From a virus, in the IMG/VR virus record IMGVR_UViG_3300028832_000018, positions 1 to 48,818 of that record: 48,818 bases of DNA; one strand, written 5' to 3'. Position 1 is the stretch's first letter. The number at the start of each line of letters is the position of its first letter. The position numbers and the translations under genes are program-made. Positions 37,169 to 45,256 of this stretch are shown here, in pieces. The notes below the pieces were generated by a model. It had not been told where the DNA came from. It made no database searches and saw only the letters and a list, made by a program, of their open reading frames with translations.

Positions 37169-37387
37169 ATGAGCGCAAAAGAAATGTTTGAAAAGTTAGA
37201 TTTCGTATGTGACGCAAACGAATTTTCTATAGTTTATGATTATAAATATGATAAATTCTCAATAGAATTTAGGCTTCATAATAAAGATATATTGTTTACT
37301 GATGATAGAAGATATGAAAAATTAACCATTGAAGAACTACAGGCAATAAATCAACAAGTAAAGGAGTTAGGTTGGTATGAACAATGA
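37169..37387 (+). CDS. hypothetical protein
   Basis: ATG 37169 behind aggtga. Confidence 0.5.
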   Translation: MSAKEMFEKLDFVCDANEFSIVYDYKYDKFSIEFRLHNKDILFTDDRRYEKLTIEELQAINQQVKELGWYEQ

Positions 37388-37733
37388 AATAAAAGAAATA
37401 TTAGATAGATTAAAAGATGGTAATTGGTATAATACAAAAGATTTAACAGGTATAGAATGGATAGAATTAACTTGGGAAGAAACACATTTATTATTAAATT
37501 ACATAACAAACCTAAAACAAAAAAAACAAGAAATGAAAAATGGTTGGCAACAAGAAGTATATAATAAAGATGAAATTTTAAATAGATGGTATGAAACACA
37601 AGGAAGAATAGATAAAGCAATAGAATTATTAAAAGAAGCAGGTTGTTATGATGAAGAAGCAAAAACATTTTGTGATGATATTTGGGAAGAATTACCTGAA
37701 TTATTAAATATATTACAAGGAAGTGATGAATAA
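37377..37733 (+). CDS. hypothetical protein
   Basis: ORF-track ORF. No recognisable motif. Confidence 0.5.
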   Translation: MNNEIKEILDRLKDGNWYNTKDLTGIEWIELTWEETHLLLNYITNLKQKKQEMKNGWQQEVYNKDEILNRWYETQGRIDKAIELLKEAGCYDEEAKTFCDDIWEELPELLNILQGSDE

Positions 37734-37912
37734 TGGGATTATTAATTATAGTTTTTATATTTTTAGCATTATTCTGTTATGCTTGTTGTAAAGTATCAGG
37801 AATATGTGATGAAGAAGATGAAAGAATTGAAGAACTTATTAAAGAACTGGAGGAAAATGATGAAGCAAATAATAACAACAAAAAAGGGAACAACATACGA
37901 AAGGGAAGTTAA
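37733..37912 (+). CDS. 59-aa membrane peptide
   Basis: TAATG overlap with the upstream stop. MGLLIIVFIFLALFCYACC, then an acidic tail. Overlaps the next ORF by 56 nt. Confidence 0.35.
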   Translation: MGLLIIVFIFLALFCYACCKVSGICDEEDERIEELIKELEENDEANNNNKKGNNIRKGS

Positions 37913-38066
37913 AGAGCCTAACGATTACAATATACATATAAACATACGAGCAAACAACGATAAGTTTAATAAATTTAAAGAAGTAACATCTAAAAAAGGT
38001 CTTTGTTATAGTGACGTTATAAGAAATTTAATGGATAAATATGTCGAAGAAAACGAAGGAGAATAA
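37857..38066 (+). CDS. ribbon-helix-helix (CopG/Arc-like) protein
   Basis: IHINIRANNDKFNKFKEVTSKKGLCYSDVIRNLMDKYV. Start set at ATG 37857/37860 behind ggagg. Confidence 0.45.
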   Translation: MMKQIITTKKGTTYEREVKEPNDYNIHINIRANNDKFNKFKEVTSKKGLCYSDVIRNLMDKYVEENEGE

Positions 38067-38067
38067 T

Positions 38068-38337
38068 ATGAGTGAAAAGCAAATGTTTGAAGAAATGTTG
38101 CAAAAGCAGGGGTTGGAAATAAGAAAATTAAGAAGTGATTTAAAGAAAGCACAACACGAAGCAAAAGATAACAAAATTAAGATAGATAAAGCAATAAAAG
38201 AAATACAAAGCATAATAGACTATGGATTTGATTATGATGGCTTTAATAATGTAAAAGATTTAAAAGGATTAATTGATATGCTAGTAGATTATGCTGAAAA
38301 AAGTAAGAGTATTTTACAAGGTGGTGATGAAGAGTGA
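38068..38337 (+). CDS. hypothetical coiled-coil protein
   Basis: ATG 38068 behind aaggag. Confidence 0.5.
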   Translation: MSEKQMFEEMLQKQGLEIRKLRSDLKKAQHEAKDNKIKIDKAIKEIQSIIDYGFDYDGFNNVKDLKGLIDMLVDYAEKSKSILQGGDEE

Positions 38338-38540
38338 AAACATACAAAGTCATAATGTATTATGCAAATGGAAATTATAGTTTTGAAGAAGAAACAAACG
38401 AAACTTTTGAACAAATGGTAGAAAAATATAAAAAAGGATTACAAGTAGATATAATTACAGTCACAGGACAAGAGGATAAAAAATATGTTATAAATTCAAA
38501 AAATATAATTTTAATAGAAATAGAGGTAAAAAATGTTTAA
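38334..38540 (+). CDS. hypothetical protein
   Basis: GTG start overlapping the upstream stop. Confidence 0.45.
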   Translation: MKTYKVIMYYANGNYSFEEETNETFEQMVEKYKKGLQVDIITVTGQEDKKYVINSKNIILIEIEVKNV

Positions 38541-38853
38541 AAAGAAAAAAGAAGAATTAGAAAGATTAGTAAAATTTGCTTGTAATGATATGTTAATTAT
38601 GCAAGTATATGGAATAGTAGAGTTTGAAATAATAGATAAAATTATTCCACTAGGATTGCAATATGAAATAAATGATAATGATGGATTTGAATTATTTGTA
38701 GAAGAAATGGGAAAAGAAATAAGTTATGATAGTCCATTAGTATTGCATTTACACAATGAAGACTTATTATACTTTATACTAAATTATAAAGAATTTACAA
38801 AGAAAACAATGGAAAAGATAAATAGATATATAAAATATTTGGAGGAGAGATAA
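38533..38853 (+). CDS. hypothetical protein
   Basis: ORF-track ORF. No recognisable motif. Confidence 0.5.
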   Translation: MFKKKKEELERLVKFACNDMLIMQVYGIVEFEIIDKIIPLGLQYEINDNDGFELFVEEMGKEISYDSPLVLHLHNEDLLYFILNYKEFTKKTMEKINRYIKYLEER

Positions 38854-38854
38854 T

Positions 38855-39103
38855 ATGGAAGAAAATAGAACAAATGAACTTATAGAAATACAAAAATTAT
38901 TAAAAAAACAAATGAAAAGATTAGATGAGGCTGTTGCAGGAGAAGTTAAAATTGAAACAGCAAGAAGTGGAGCATTATCTCAAAATGCTGGTGCTTATAT
39001 AAAAGCAGTAAACACAAGTATTAAAGTAAAAGAAATGGTTAAAAATAATCCACAAGCAGAAGATACAATTCTTTCACAACTTGGTGTATTAAACAATGAA
39101 TAG
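38855..39103 (+). CDS. hypothetical protein
   Basis: RBS ggaggag. No recognisable motif. Confidence 0.5.
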   Translation: MEENRTNELIEIQKLLKKQMKRLDEAVAGEVKIETARSGALSQNAGAYIKAVNTSIKVKEMVKNNPQAEDTILSQLGVLNNE

Positions 39104-39791
39104 AGTTTTTAATGAAAAAGAAGTCCAATTTATAAAAGATAATGTTGTAGGTAAGTCAGATAAAGAACTTACTGAACTATTTAATAAAACATTTAATAGA
39201 GATGTCACAGCAAAGCAAATTTATATATTAAAAAAACGTCATCATTTAAGAAATAAAATATATTCTAGACCAGAATCGTTATTTAGTGAAGAAGAAAAAC
39301 AATATATTTTAGATAATATAGAAGGAAAATTCACAAAAGAATTTTTAAAAGAGTTTAACAAAAAATTTAAAAAACAAATAACTACTCAACAGATAGAAAA
39401 TTATAAAAGACATAATAAAATAACAAATGGAATAGGTTCTTGGTTTTATAAAGGAAGAGTTCCTGAAAATTACAGAGAAGTAGGCAGTGAAGTAAAATGG
39501 AATGGTATTTGGGCTGTAAAAACTGGTAATCCTAGTGTTTACGAGGATAAACACAGATACCTATATAGAAAGTATAAAGGAGAAATACCTGAAGGACATA
39601 TAGTCATATTTGCAGATGGCAATAAAGAAAATTTTGATTTAGATAATTTGATATTGGTGTCTAAATCCGAACATTTTGTAATGAGTTCACACGGTTTATT
39701 ATGCAACGATAAAGAACTTACAAAAACTGCTATTCTTATAGCACAAGAATCATTAAAAAGAAGAAGAAAGGAACGATTAATTAATGGATGA
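39096..39791 (+). CDS. HNH homing-type endonuclease with duplicated N-terminal DNA-binding repeats
   Basis: GHIVIFADGNKENFDLDNLILVSKSEH. Two N-terminal repeats: F.E.E.QFIKDN..GKS..ELTELFNK and FSEEEKQYILDNIEGKFTKEFLKEFNK. Confidence 0.7.
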   Translation: MNRVFNEKEVQFIKDNVVGKSDKELTELFNKTFNRDVTAKQIYILKKRHHLRNKIYSRPESLFSEEEKQYILDNIEGKFTKEFLKEFNKKFKKQITTQQIENYKRHNKITNGIGSWFYKGRVPENYREVGSEVKWNGIWAVKTGNPSVYEDKHRYLYRKYKGEIPEGHIVIFADGNKENFDLDNLILVSKSEHFVMSSHGLLCNDKELTKTAILIAQESLKRRRKERLING

Positions 39792-39987
39792 TTTTCAAGA
39801 AATAGCAACACAAATAATAACTAAGGTAAACGATATACCTGCCAAGAATAGAAACCAAGAATTAATAAAATTGGCAATAATTTCTTATCTATATCATTCG
39901 TTTAGAAGCGAAGAAACCTTTGAGCAAAATGTAGAACAATTAAAAATAAAGAGGAAACAATATGAAAGACAGACTAAAAGAAATTAA
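39784..39987 (+). CDS. hypothetical protein
   Basis: ORF-track ORF. No recognisable motif. Confidence 0.45.
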   Translation: MDDFQEIATQIITKVNDIPAKNRNQELIKLAIISYLYHSFRSEETFEQNVEQLKIKRKQYERQTKRN

Positions 39988-40105
39988 ATATTTAATATAC
40001 TTAAAAGGACAACTAATAAAACAAACTAAGAAAGAAATAAAAGAACTTCAACAAGAAGAAAATATGATAAATGGATATAAGAAGTTGGAGAAAAAGAAAA
40101 AGTAA
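39962..40105 (+). CDS. 47-aa coiled-coil peptide
   Basis: ATG 39962 behind gagg, TAA 40103-40105, read by eye. Confidence 0.3.
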   Translation: MKDRLKEIKYLIYLKGQLIKQTKKEIKELQQEENMINGYKKLEKKKK

Positions 40106-40118
40106 AGGAGGTTTATGT

Positions 40119-40229
40119 ATGTGCTTACTTTATATAATTGATATTATTTTATTATTAATTTGTTTTCCAATAGGATTGATAGCATTAATATTAACGATGA
40201 TATTAGACTCGTTAAACAATAAAAACTAG
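40119..40229 (+). CDS. 36-aa hydrophobic peptide
   Basis: aaggagg 7 nt upstream. MCLLYIIDIILLLICFPIGLIALILTMILDSLNNKN. Confidence 0.4.
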   Translation: MCLLYIIDIILLLICFPIGLIALILTMILDSLNNKN

Positions 40230-40284
40230 AACTATAATTTGACATATATATAAATTTAATATATAATTAGTTAAACTAGAACTA
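40223..40284. repeat. Pair of AAACTAGAACTA boxes exactly 50 bp apart, straddling a promoter
   Basis: Boxes at 40223-40234 and 40273-40284, read directly. Confidence 0.7.
40239..40267 (+). promoter_or_regulatory. consensus sigma-A promoter
   Basis: ttgaca (40239-40244), 17-nt spacer, tataat (40262-40267). Confidence 0.6.
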
Positions 40285-40332
40285 GATATATATAGAATAT
40301 ATATAATGAAATTATAGGAGGAAATAAAAACT

Positions 40333-40578
40333 ATGGCTACAAAACAATCTTCAAAGAGTTATTATCAAAAGAACAAAAAGTATAGAGAAGAACTTATAAG
40401 AAAAGAAACAGCAAAACATAAAGCAAACAGACCAAAATATGCTAAAGAACAACGAGATTATTATGCTGATAATGAAGACTATCGTAAGTATAAGAAAGCC
40501 TATGCTAAGAAGTATCGTAAAGAAGAACCAATTAAATCAAAGGCTAAAAAAGACAGAAAAGCATACAAAGGAAAATAA
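40333..40578 (+). CDS. 81-aa highly basic Lys/Arg/Tyr-rich protein
   Basis: RBS aggagg. KYREELIRKETAKHKANRPKYAKEQRDYYADNEDYRKYKKAYAKKYRKE. Confidence 0.6.
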   Translation: MATKQSSKSYYQKNKKYREELIRKETAKHKANRPKYAKEQRDYYADNEDYRKYKKAYAKKYRKEEPIKSKAKKDRKAYKGK

Positions 40579-40621
40579 AAGAACAGGAATTGCGAATGAT
40601 AATCTTCGGATTCATTCTAGG

Positions 40622-40650
40622 GAAATCGGATGTGTCTGATTTCTTTTTTT
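40622..40650 (+). terminator. Rho-independent terminator
   Basis: 9-bp stem gaaatcgga/tctgatttc (one G.U), tgtg loop, T7 tract. Confidence 0.7.
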
Positions 40651-40770
40651 GTTGCATATATTTTTATTTTTTAACTAGAATATTTTTTGAAATATATCTT
40701 TTCATATATTTTTGTCGGCAAATATATTTTTCTTTGGAACATATTTATTAAAAAAATATTTTTGTAGGAT
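40651..40770. repeat. About seven degenerate ATAT(AT)TTTT iterons
   Basis: catatattttt, aatatttttt, atatatctttt, catatattttt, aatatattttt, acatatttatt, aatattttt, read directly. Confidence 0.5.
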
Positions 40771-41082
40771 AAAAAAATGCAAAAAAACATAAAAAATACT
40801 CCAAAAATAATATAGTCTTATTTTCTCTTTAAATGCCATTTTTTAAAGAGTTTGTTATTTTAGGTATAATCATACTAAAATCAGTAAAACAACTCAAAAA
40901 TAAGCACTAGAAAAAGAATTATAGTACAATTAGATGTTTGATATAGTTATATTTAATCATGTAGCATATCTATTTAAAGAATTAAATTAAAAGTAGTATA
41001 AACATACTAGGATAACAAAAAGCCTCAAAAAGTGCCTTTAAAATGCAAAATATGGGATATATAATTTTGCAGATATAGACAA

Positions 41083-41104
41083 GAAAAAAGACTATTTCTA
41101 GTCT
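41083..41104 (-). terminator. Terminator of the leftward operon
   Basis: agacta/tagtct stem including the stop codon. The A6 run on the plus strand gives a T-tract on the minus strand. Confidence 0.55.
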
Positions 41105-41313
41105 TTTATTAATATCTCACTTTTTATATGTTTAAATAAACTATATTGTTCTACTTTATATTTGTTTTTACTATTAAACTCAAATCTATTTATTTGCTCT
41201 TTTACTAAAAAATTAATCGTGTTTTCACTTCCTACAAGTATTATTTCTTGTTTTTTACACTCTTTCATATATTTATTTTTATAAAATAATACTAATAAAT
41301 AAGAATAATTCAT
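41098..41313 (-). CDS. hypothetical protein
   Basis: Last ORF of the leftward operon. Confidence 0.5.
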   Translation of the reverse strand: MNYSYLLVLFYKNKYMKECKKQEIILVGSENTINFLVKEQINRFEFNSKNKYKVEQYSLFKHIKSEILIKD

Positions 41314-41323
41314 AAAAACCCCC

Positions 41324-41398
41324 TTAATTCCATTTACTACCTTGATGAATTCCTAAAAATGCCCCTATTATAAAACAAAGTATGTATATTATTATCAT
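41324..41398 (-). CDS. 24-aa hydrophobic peptide
   Basis: ATG abuts the upstream TAA. MIIIYILCFIIGAFLGIHQGSKWN, read by eye. Confidence 0.3.
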   Translation of the reverse strand: MIIIYILCFIIGAFLGIHQGSKWN

Positions 41399-41608
41399 TT
41401 ATGCCCTATCACTTTCTATAATTTCTTTTATTGATAAAATAGAAGTAGTTAAAGTATTGCTTTCTTTAACATAACCATTTTCGTATAATTCGTTTGATAT
41501 ACTATCTAATAATTCAGTAATTGCCTCTAAAATTGTCTTATTGTCTAAATTATACTCTGCATATCTTAAAAATTGTTCTTTAAATTGTTCTTGTGTCAAT
41601 TTAAACAC
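41399..41608 (-). CDS. hypothetical protein
   Basis: ORF-track ORF in the operon. Confidence 0.5.
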   Translation of the reverse strand: MFKLTQEQFKEQFLRYAEYNLDNKTILEAITELLDSISNELYENGYVKESNTLTTSILSIKEIIESDRA

Positions 41609-41783
41609 CTACTTTCTTAAATATATTTTTAATATCTTTGATAAAATCTTTTAAGTTTACTTGTCTATCTTTTACTAGATAAACTATTGTTGCTATTGTA
41701 TTTATCTTGATGTTTTTTGTTTCCATTTCTTCTAAATTGTCCCATAGTTGCTTACTATTCATCCTCTTTACCTCTTCTTTCAT
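41601..41783 (-). CDS. hypothetical protein
   Basis: ORF-track ORF. An alternative start exists at 41762. Confidence 0.45.
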   Translation of the reverse strand: MKEEVKRMNSKQLWDNLEEMETKNIKINTIATIVYLVKDRQVNLKDFIKDIKNIFKKVGV

Positions 41784-42147
41784 TTAAAATGTGTCCTATT
41801 TCATAATCTATTGTTTCGTGTATTGTTTGCCATAAATAATCGTTTTTAAATACTAACTTGTGTGCTATTATATCTTTTTCATCATCAGTTAAAGTTAAAT
41901 ATTCTTTATTAACTTCTAAATCACTATTTAAACTTTCGATGTAATCTTGTACCTCTCTTTTAAAGACTAATTCATACATCTTTAAAATATCAGTATCATA
42001 ATTTTTTATTTCTTGTTCTACTTCTTTTAATAAACTTTCTTTGTTTGTATGTTTACTACTGCTTTCTATTCTTTCTTTTGTTTTTTCATCTAAATAACAA
42101 GTATTTAATACCTCGTTATTTTCTAAATCTATAATCATATATTTCAT
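41755..42147 (-). CDS. hypothetical acidic protein
   Basis: ORF-track ORF in the operon. Confidence 0.5.
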   Translation of the reverse strand: MKYMIIDLENNEVLNTCYLDEKTKERIESSSKHTNKESLLKEVEQEIKNYDTDILKMYELVFKREVQDYIESLNSDLEVNKEYLTLTDDEKDIIAHKLVFKNDYLWQTIHETIDYEIGHILNERRGKEDE

Positions 42148-42150
42148 AGA

Positions 42151-42393
42151 CTATTCATCCTCCTTTACTAAAATATATTTTACAAAACTGCTTTTGTTTC
42201 CAAATCTATCTATAAAATCTATTTCTTTATTAATTATATTCATATTATATGTATATCTTAAATTATATATAATACTGCTTAATCTTGTTGCCCCATATTC
42301 TTTTATTGCCTCCCAAGATGTAATGCTTCCATATTGTTGTAAATGTAGCATAATTGCTTTTGTTTTATTCATTTTATTCCAACTTTTTACCAT
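42151..42393 (-). CDS. winged-helix DNA-binding protein (HTH_39-like)
   Basis: KAIMLHLQQYGSITSWEAIKEYGATRLSSIIYNLRYTYNMNI. Confidence 0.5.
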   Translation of the reverse strand: MVKSWNKMNKTKAIMLHLQQYGSITSWEAIKEYGATRLSSIIYNLRYTYNMNIINKEIDFIDRFGNKSSFVKYILVKEDE

Positions 42394-42395
42394 AT

Positions 42396-42743
42396 TTACA
42401 CCTCAAAAAAATATTTACTATCTTCTTCATTAACCAAATCAACACTAACTTGTAAATAGTTATAATCGCCTAAATCGTGATTCAAATATTTAACCATACA
42501 ATTTAATTGATTTTCATTTAATGAACCAAAATCATTGCTTTCATAATAAATCTTATTATTATGTCTGTCTATATCTTTATAGCCCAAATTAAACCAATTA
42601 TCATTAATTTTAATAAAACAATTATCAAAACCTAAATCTAATAAATTTTTAACACTCATATTATTATATTTAATTTTATTTAATTTTATTTTTCTTAATT
42701 CATTTACTTGATATTCTAATTCATACAATAATTTTTCTTTCAT
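42396..42743 (-). CDS. hypothetical protein
   Basis: Start set at ATG 42743 within the GGTGTAAATATG junction. Confidence 0.5.
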   Translation of the reverse strand: MKEKLLYELEYQVNELRKIKLNKIKYNNMSVKNLLDLGFDNCFIKINDNWFNLGYKDIDRHNNKIYYESNDFGSLNENQLNCMVKYLNHDLGDYNYLQVSVDLVNEEDSKYFFEV

Positions 42744-42745
42744 AT

Positions 42746-42922
42746 TTACACCTCTTCCCATTCTTTTAACCATTTATTGTAGTTTTCTAAAATTATGTTA
42801 TATTCTTCATTGCTTATTATATTTTCACTATTTAAACTTCTTAAACCACTTATTATATCTTCATAATCATTATACTCATTAAATAAATTAAATAATATTT
42901 CTTTCAATCTTTCATTATTCAT
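42746..42922 (-). CDS. 58-aa hypothetical protein
   Basis: ATG 42922 within a GGTGTAAATATG junction, TAA 42746-42748, read by eye. Confidence 0.4.
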   Translation of the reverse strand: MNNERLKEILFNLFNEYNDYEDIISGLRSLNSENIISNEEYNIILENYNKWLKEWEEV

Positions 42923-42934
42923 ATTTACACCACC

Positions 42935-43231
42935 TTATACCAATTTATTCTCAATTTTAAAATTGTGAACTTGAAACTTTCTATCTACTGCAAAACATAT
43001 ATCTTTACATAATTGCATTAATTCTTCCATTGTTTCGTTTAAATTGTTTTCATTTTTAAAATCATATACACACGAATATAAATTACTATGATAGTGTTCT
43101 TCCTTTCCATTTTTATATTCTGCATAACACATACTAATTGCTTTATCATTGCATTTTTTTAATCCATAATATAATTTGTTATAATCGTTGTTATTACACC
43201 ATTTTTCCATTAATTCTAATCTTCTATTCAT
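42935..43231 (-). CDS. hypothetical Cys-rich protein
   Basis: ORF-track ORF in the operon. Confidence 0.5.
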   Translation of the reverse strand: MNRRLELMEKWCNNNDYNKLYYGLKKCNDKAISMCYAEYKNGKEEHYHSNLYSCVYDFKNENNLNETMEELMQLCKDICFAVDRKFQVHNFKIENKLV

Positions 43232-43234
43232 ATA

Positions 43235-43534
43235 TTACACTCCCTTTTCTATTATCCCATTTTTAAATAATTTTTCTATTTCTTTATCACTTAAACCATT
43301 TTGTTTGAAAAATTCTTTTTGATGCCTTGTTGTTGTTTGACTATATTTGCCAAAATAATAATATTTTGTTCTATCATCTCTTTCGTGTATCTCTGCAACA
43401 AGTGTATCATAAGACCATAATTTAATAACTTTATTCAAACCACTATTTAAGTATTTTAAGTCTTGCTCTTCTACTTGTGCTTTTCCATAAAAACTTTGTC
43501 TTGTATCATATCTACATTCTAATTCGTACATCAT
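43235..43534 (-). CDS. hypothetical protein
   Basis: WSYDTLVAEI...YSQTTTRHQKEFF motif. No family assigned. Confidence 0.5.
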   Translation of the reverse strand: MMYELECRYDTRQSFYGKAQVEEQDLKYLNSGLNKVIKLWSYDTLVAEIHERDDRTKYYYFGKYSQTTTRHQKEFFKQNGLSDKEIEKLFKNGIIEKGV

Positions 43535-43721
43535 AATCTACAACCTCCTTTTGTCTATTATTTCTTTTGTACTCATCACATACACCTTTTAAGTATATAA
43601 GTGCCTCTTTTCTTCTTGTTTCTTGTTCTTTCTTTTCTTTACTTTCTATAATTTCTTCTAATTCTTTTACTTTTTCCATTAAAAGTTTTTCTCTTAATGT
43701 TTCTTTCCCTAATATTTTCAT
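43512..43721 (-). CDS. hypothetical coiled-coil protein
   Basis: ORF-track ORF in the operon. Confidence 0.5.
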   Translation of the reverse strand: MKILGKETLREKLLMEKVKELEEIIESKEKKEQETRRKEALIYLKGVCDEYKRNNRQKEVVDYDVRIRM

Positions 43722-43739
43722 TTAAACCATTCCTTCCTT

Positions 43740-43859
43740 TTAAAATATATATGCTAATATAGTTAAGATAAAAAATACTAATATTGATATAGTTAATATA
43801 ATAAGTGCGTCTTCTATTTTTCTCATTTTGTAGTTGTAAGTTCCTTTTTTATAAATCAT
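43740..43859 (-). CDS. 39-aa membrane peptide
   Basis: agagg RBS. MIYKKGTYNYKMRKIEDALIILTISILVFFILTILAYIF, read by eye. Confidence 0.35.
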   Translation of the reverse strand: MIYKKGTYNYKMRKIEDALIILTISILVFFILTILAYIF

Positions 43860-43882
43860 TTTAAAACCTCTTTTTCTTTTAA

Positions 43883-43944
43883 AAACTAGAACTATTATTA
43901 TATAATATATAAATAAAATTAATATTATATAAAAACTAGAACTA
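43883..43944. repeat. Second pair of AAACTAGAACTA boxes, again exactly 50 bp apart
   Basis: Boxes at 43883-43894 and 43933-43944, in the same orientation as the 40223/40273 pair. Confidence 0.7.
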
Positions 43945-43971
43945 TTTATATTATATATATTATTTATTATG

Positions 43972-44250
43972 CTAATTAATATTATCTTGTTTTTCTAATT
44001 CTTGACTTTCTAAATCACATACAATATCGTTAAAATAATCGATTATAAATTGTATATCATATCTATTGTATAAATTGTACTCACATAACAAGTAGTCTAT
44101 TAAATCAGTTATATCTTCACTTCCTACTTGCTCCATTATATCTAGTGGTGCAATATCTTTATTTTCTAATAATTTTTGTATTTTACTTTGTTTTACTTTT
44201 AAAACTTGCATTCCATTATCTATAATGTAGCAATATACTTCTTTTTGCAT
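43972..44250 (-). CDS. hypothetical acidic protein (first gene of the leftward operon)
   Basis: RBS aggagg (reverse complement at 44257-44262). Confidence 0.55.
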   Translation of the reverse strand: MQKEVYCYIIDNGMQVLKVKQSKIQKLLENKDIAPLDIMEQVGSEDITDLIDYLLCEYNLYNRYDIQFIIDYFNDIVCDLESQELEKQDNIN

Positions 44251-44319
44251 TCCATTTCCTCCTTTTCTAATCTAATCATATCACTTAATATTCTCTAAAA
44301 GTGAATATTTTGACAATTT

Positions 44320-44600
44320 TTAAAGTATATTTTGTAAAGTATATTATTTTGCCTTATATTATCTTGTATATTCTGCTTGCCTTATATTATCTTGTTGTTT
44401 ATTTTTGCTATCGTATATCTTGTATGTCTTATATTTTTTCTCGTTGTATATTTTCTTGTGTTTTTTTTGGATTTTTTTCTTGTTGTTTGTCTTATTCTTT
44501 CTAATTGTCAAATATCTTTCTTTTTTGTGCTTTTCTTTCGTTGTGCCTATATCATAACACGAGAAAGTCTTCTCTTGTGAAAAACTACACAAAAAAAGAG
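44320..44600. repeat. T-rich, strand-asymmetric repeat block in the divergent control region
   Basis: Perfect 19-bp direct repeat ttgccttatattatcttgt at 44349-44367 and 44377-44395, plus multiple (t)tgtatatt and tcttgt units. Confidence 0.65.
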
Positions 44601-44684
44601 CGTTTTACAAATTTTTTTGCCCTTGTTTGCCCTTATTTTATAAGGATTTTTACATTTTTTTGTATTTTTTAAAAAAATTATGTG

Positions 44685-44712
44685 TTGACATCATATCTCA
44701 TTATGGTATAAT
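44685..44712 (+). promoter_or_regulatory. sigma-A type promoter (extended -10)
   Basis: ttgaca (44685-44690), 16-nt spacer ending tatgg, tataat (44707-44712). Confidence 0.6.
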
Positions 44713-44735
44713 GGTATTGTATTGGAGGTGATATT

Positions 44736-44846
44736 GTGGAAAATAAAAAACTTTTTGCCCTTTATCTTTTATGGTGTAGGGAGTACAACTTACAAAAAAA
44801 CAGTGCTAACAATTTAAAAAGATTTGTTAATATTATAAGTAAATAA
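44736..44846 (+). CDS. 36-aa peptide (GTG start)
   Basis: ggaggtg RBS. GTG 44736 to TAA 44844-44846, read by eye. Confidence 0.3.
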   Translation: MENKKLFALYLLWCREYNLQKNSANNLKRFVNIISK

Positions 44847-44854
44847 AGAAAGGG

Positions 44855-45256
44855 ATGAAAAAAATGGAAAAAGAATTAAAAACAGGAATGTTAAAAAACG
44901 AAAAAATGGGGGATTATGAACTAGAACAAGGATATGCAAGTTATAGAACAATTATAAGCAGATTTATTGGTGATATTGTATTATGTAATAATATAATCGA
45001 TGTTGATGAGAGCATTTTTGAAAATATGAAGGGAGAACTTGGGGAAGATGTAGAGATTTTCCAATATTATTTGTGCCATATAGGACAATGGGAAGAAGAA
45101 CAACTACTAAAAGCAGGTGTTATTCTTTCGTATAGTGATGTTTTAGATTGTGATGTGTTATGCGTTGACCACTTTGGGACATCGTGGGACTATGTTTTAA
45201 CAGATGTTAAACTTTTTGACACTTACGAGGATTTAAAGAAATATGAAGAAGAGTAG
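44855..45256 (+). CDS. hypothetical acidic protein
   Basis: ORF-track ORF. An alternative start exists at 44864. Confidence 0.55.
   Translation: MKKMEKELKTGMLKNEKMGDYELEQGYASYRTIISRFIGDIVLCNNIIDVDESIFENMKGELGEDVEIFQYYLCHIGQWEEEQLLKAGVILSYSDVLDCDVLCVDHFGTSWDYVLTDVKLFDTYEDLKKYEEE

Noticed and set aside
44301-44592. Three overlapping ORFs (44301..44504 +, 44377..44580 +, 44359..44592 -)
   Set aside because: Their translations are low-complexity (F/L/V/Y-rich or K-rich) products of the T-rich repeat block. They have no RBS and are mutually exclusive, so I treat the region as non-coding.
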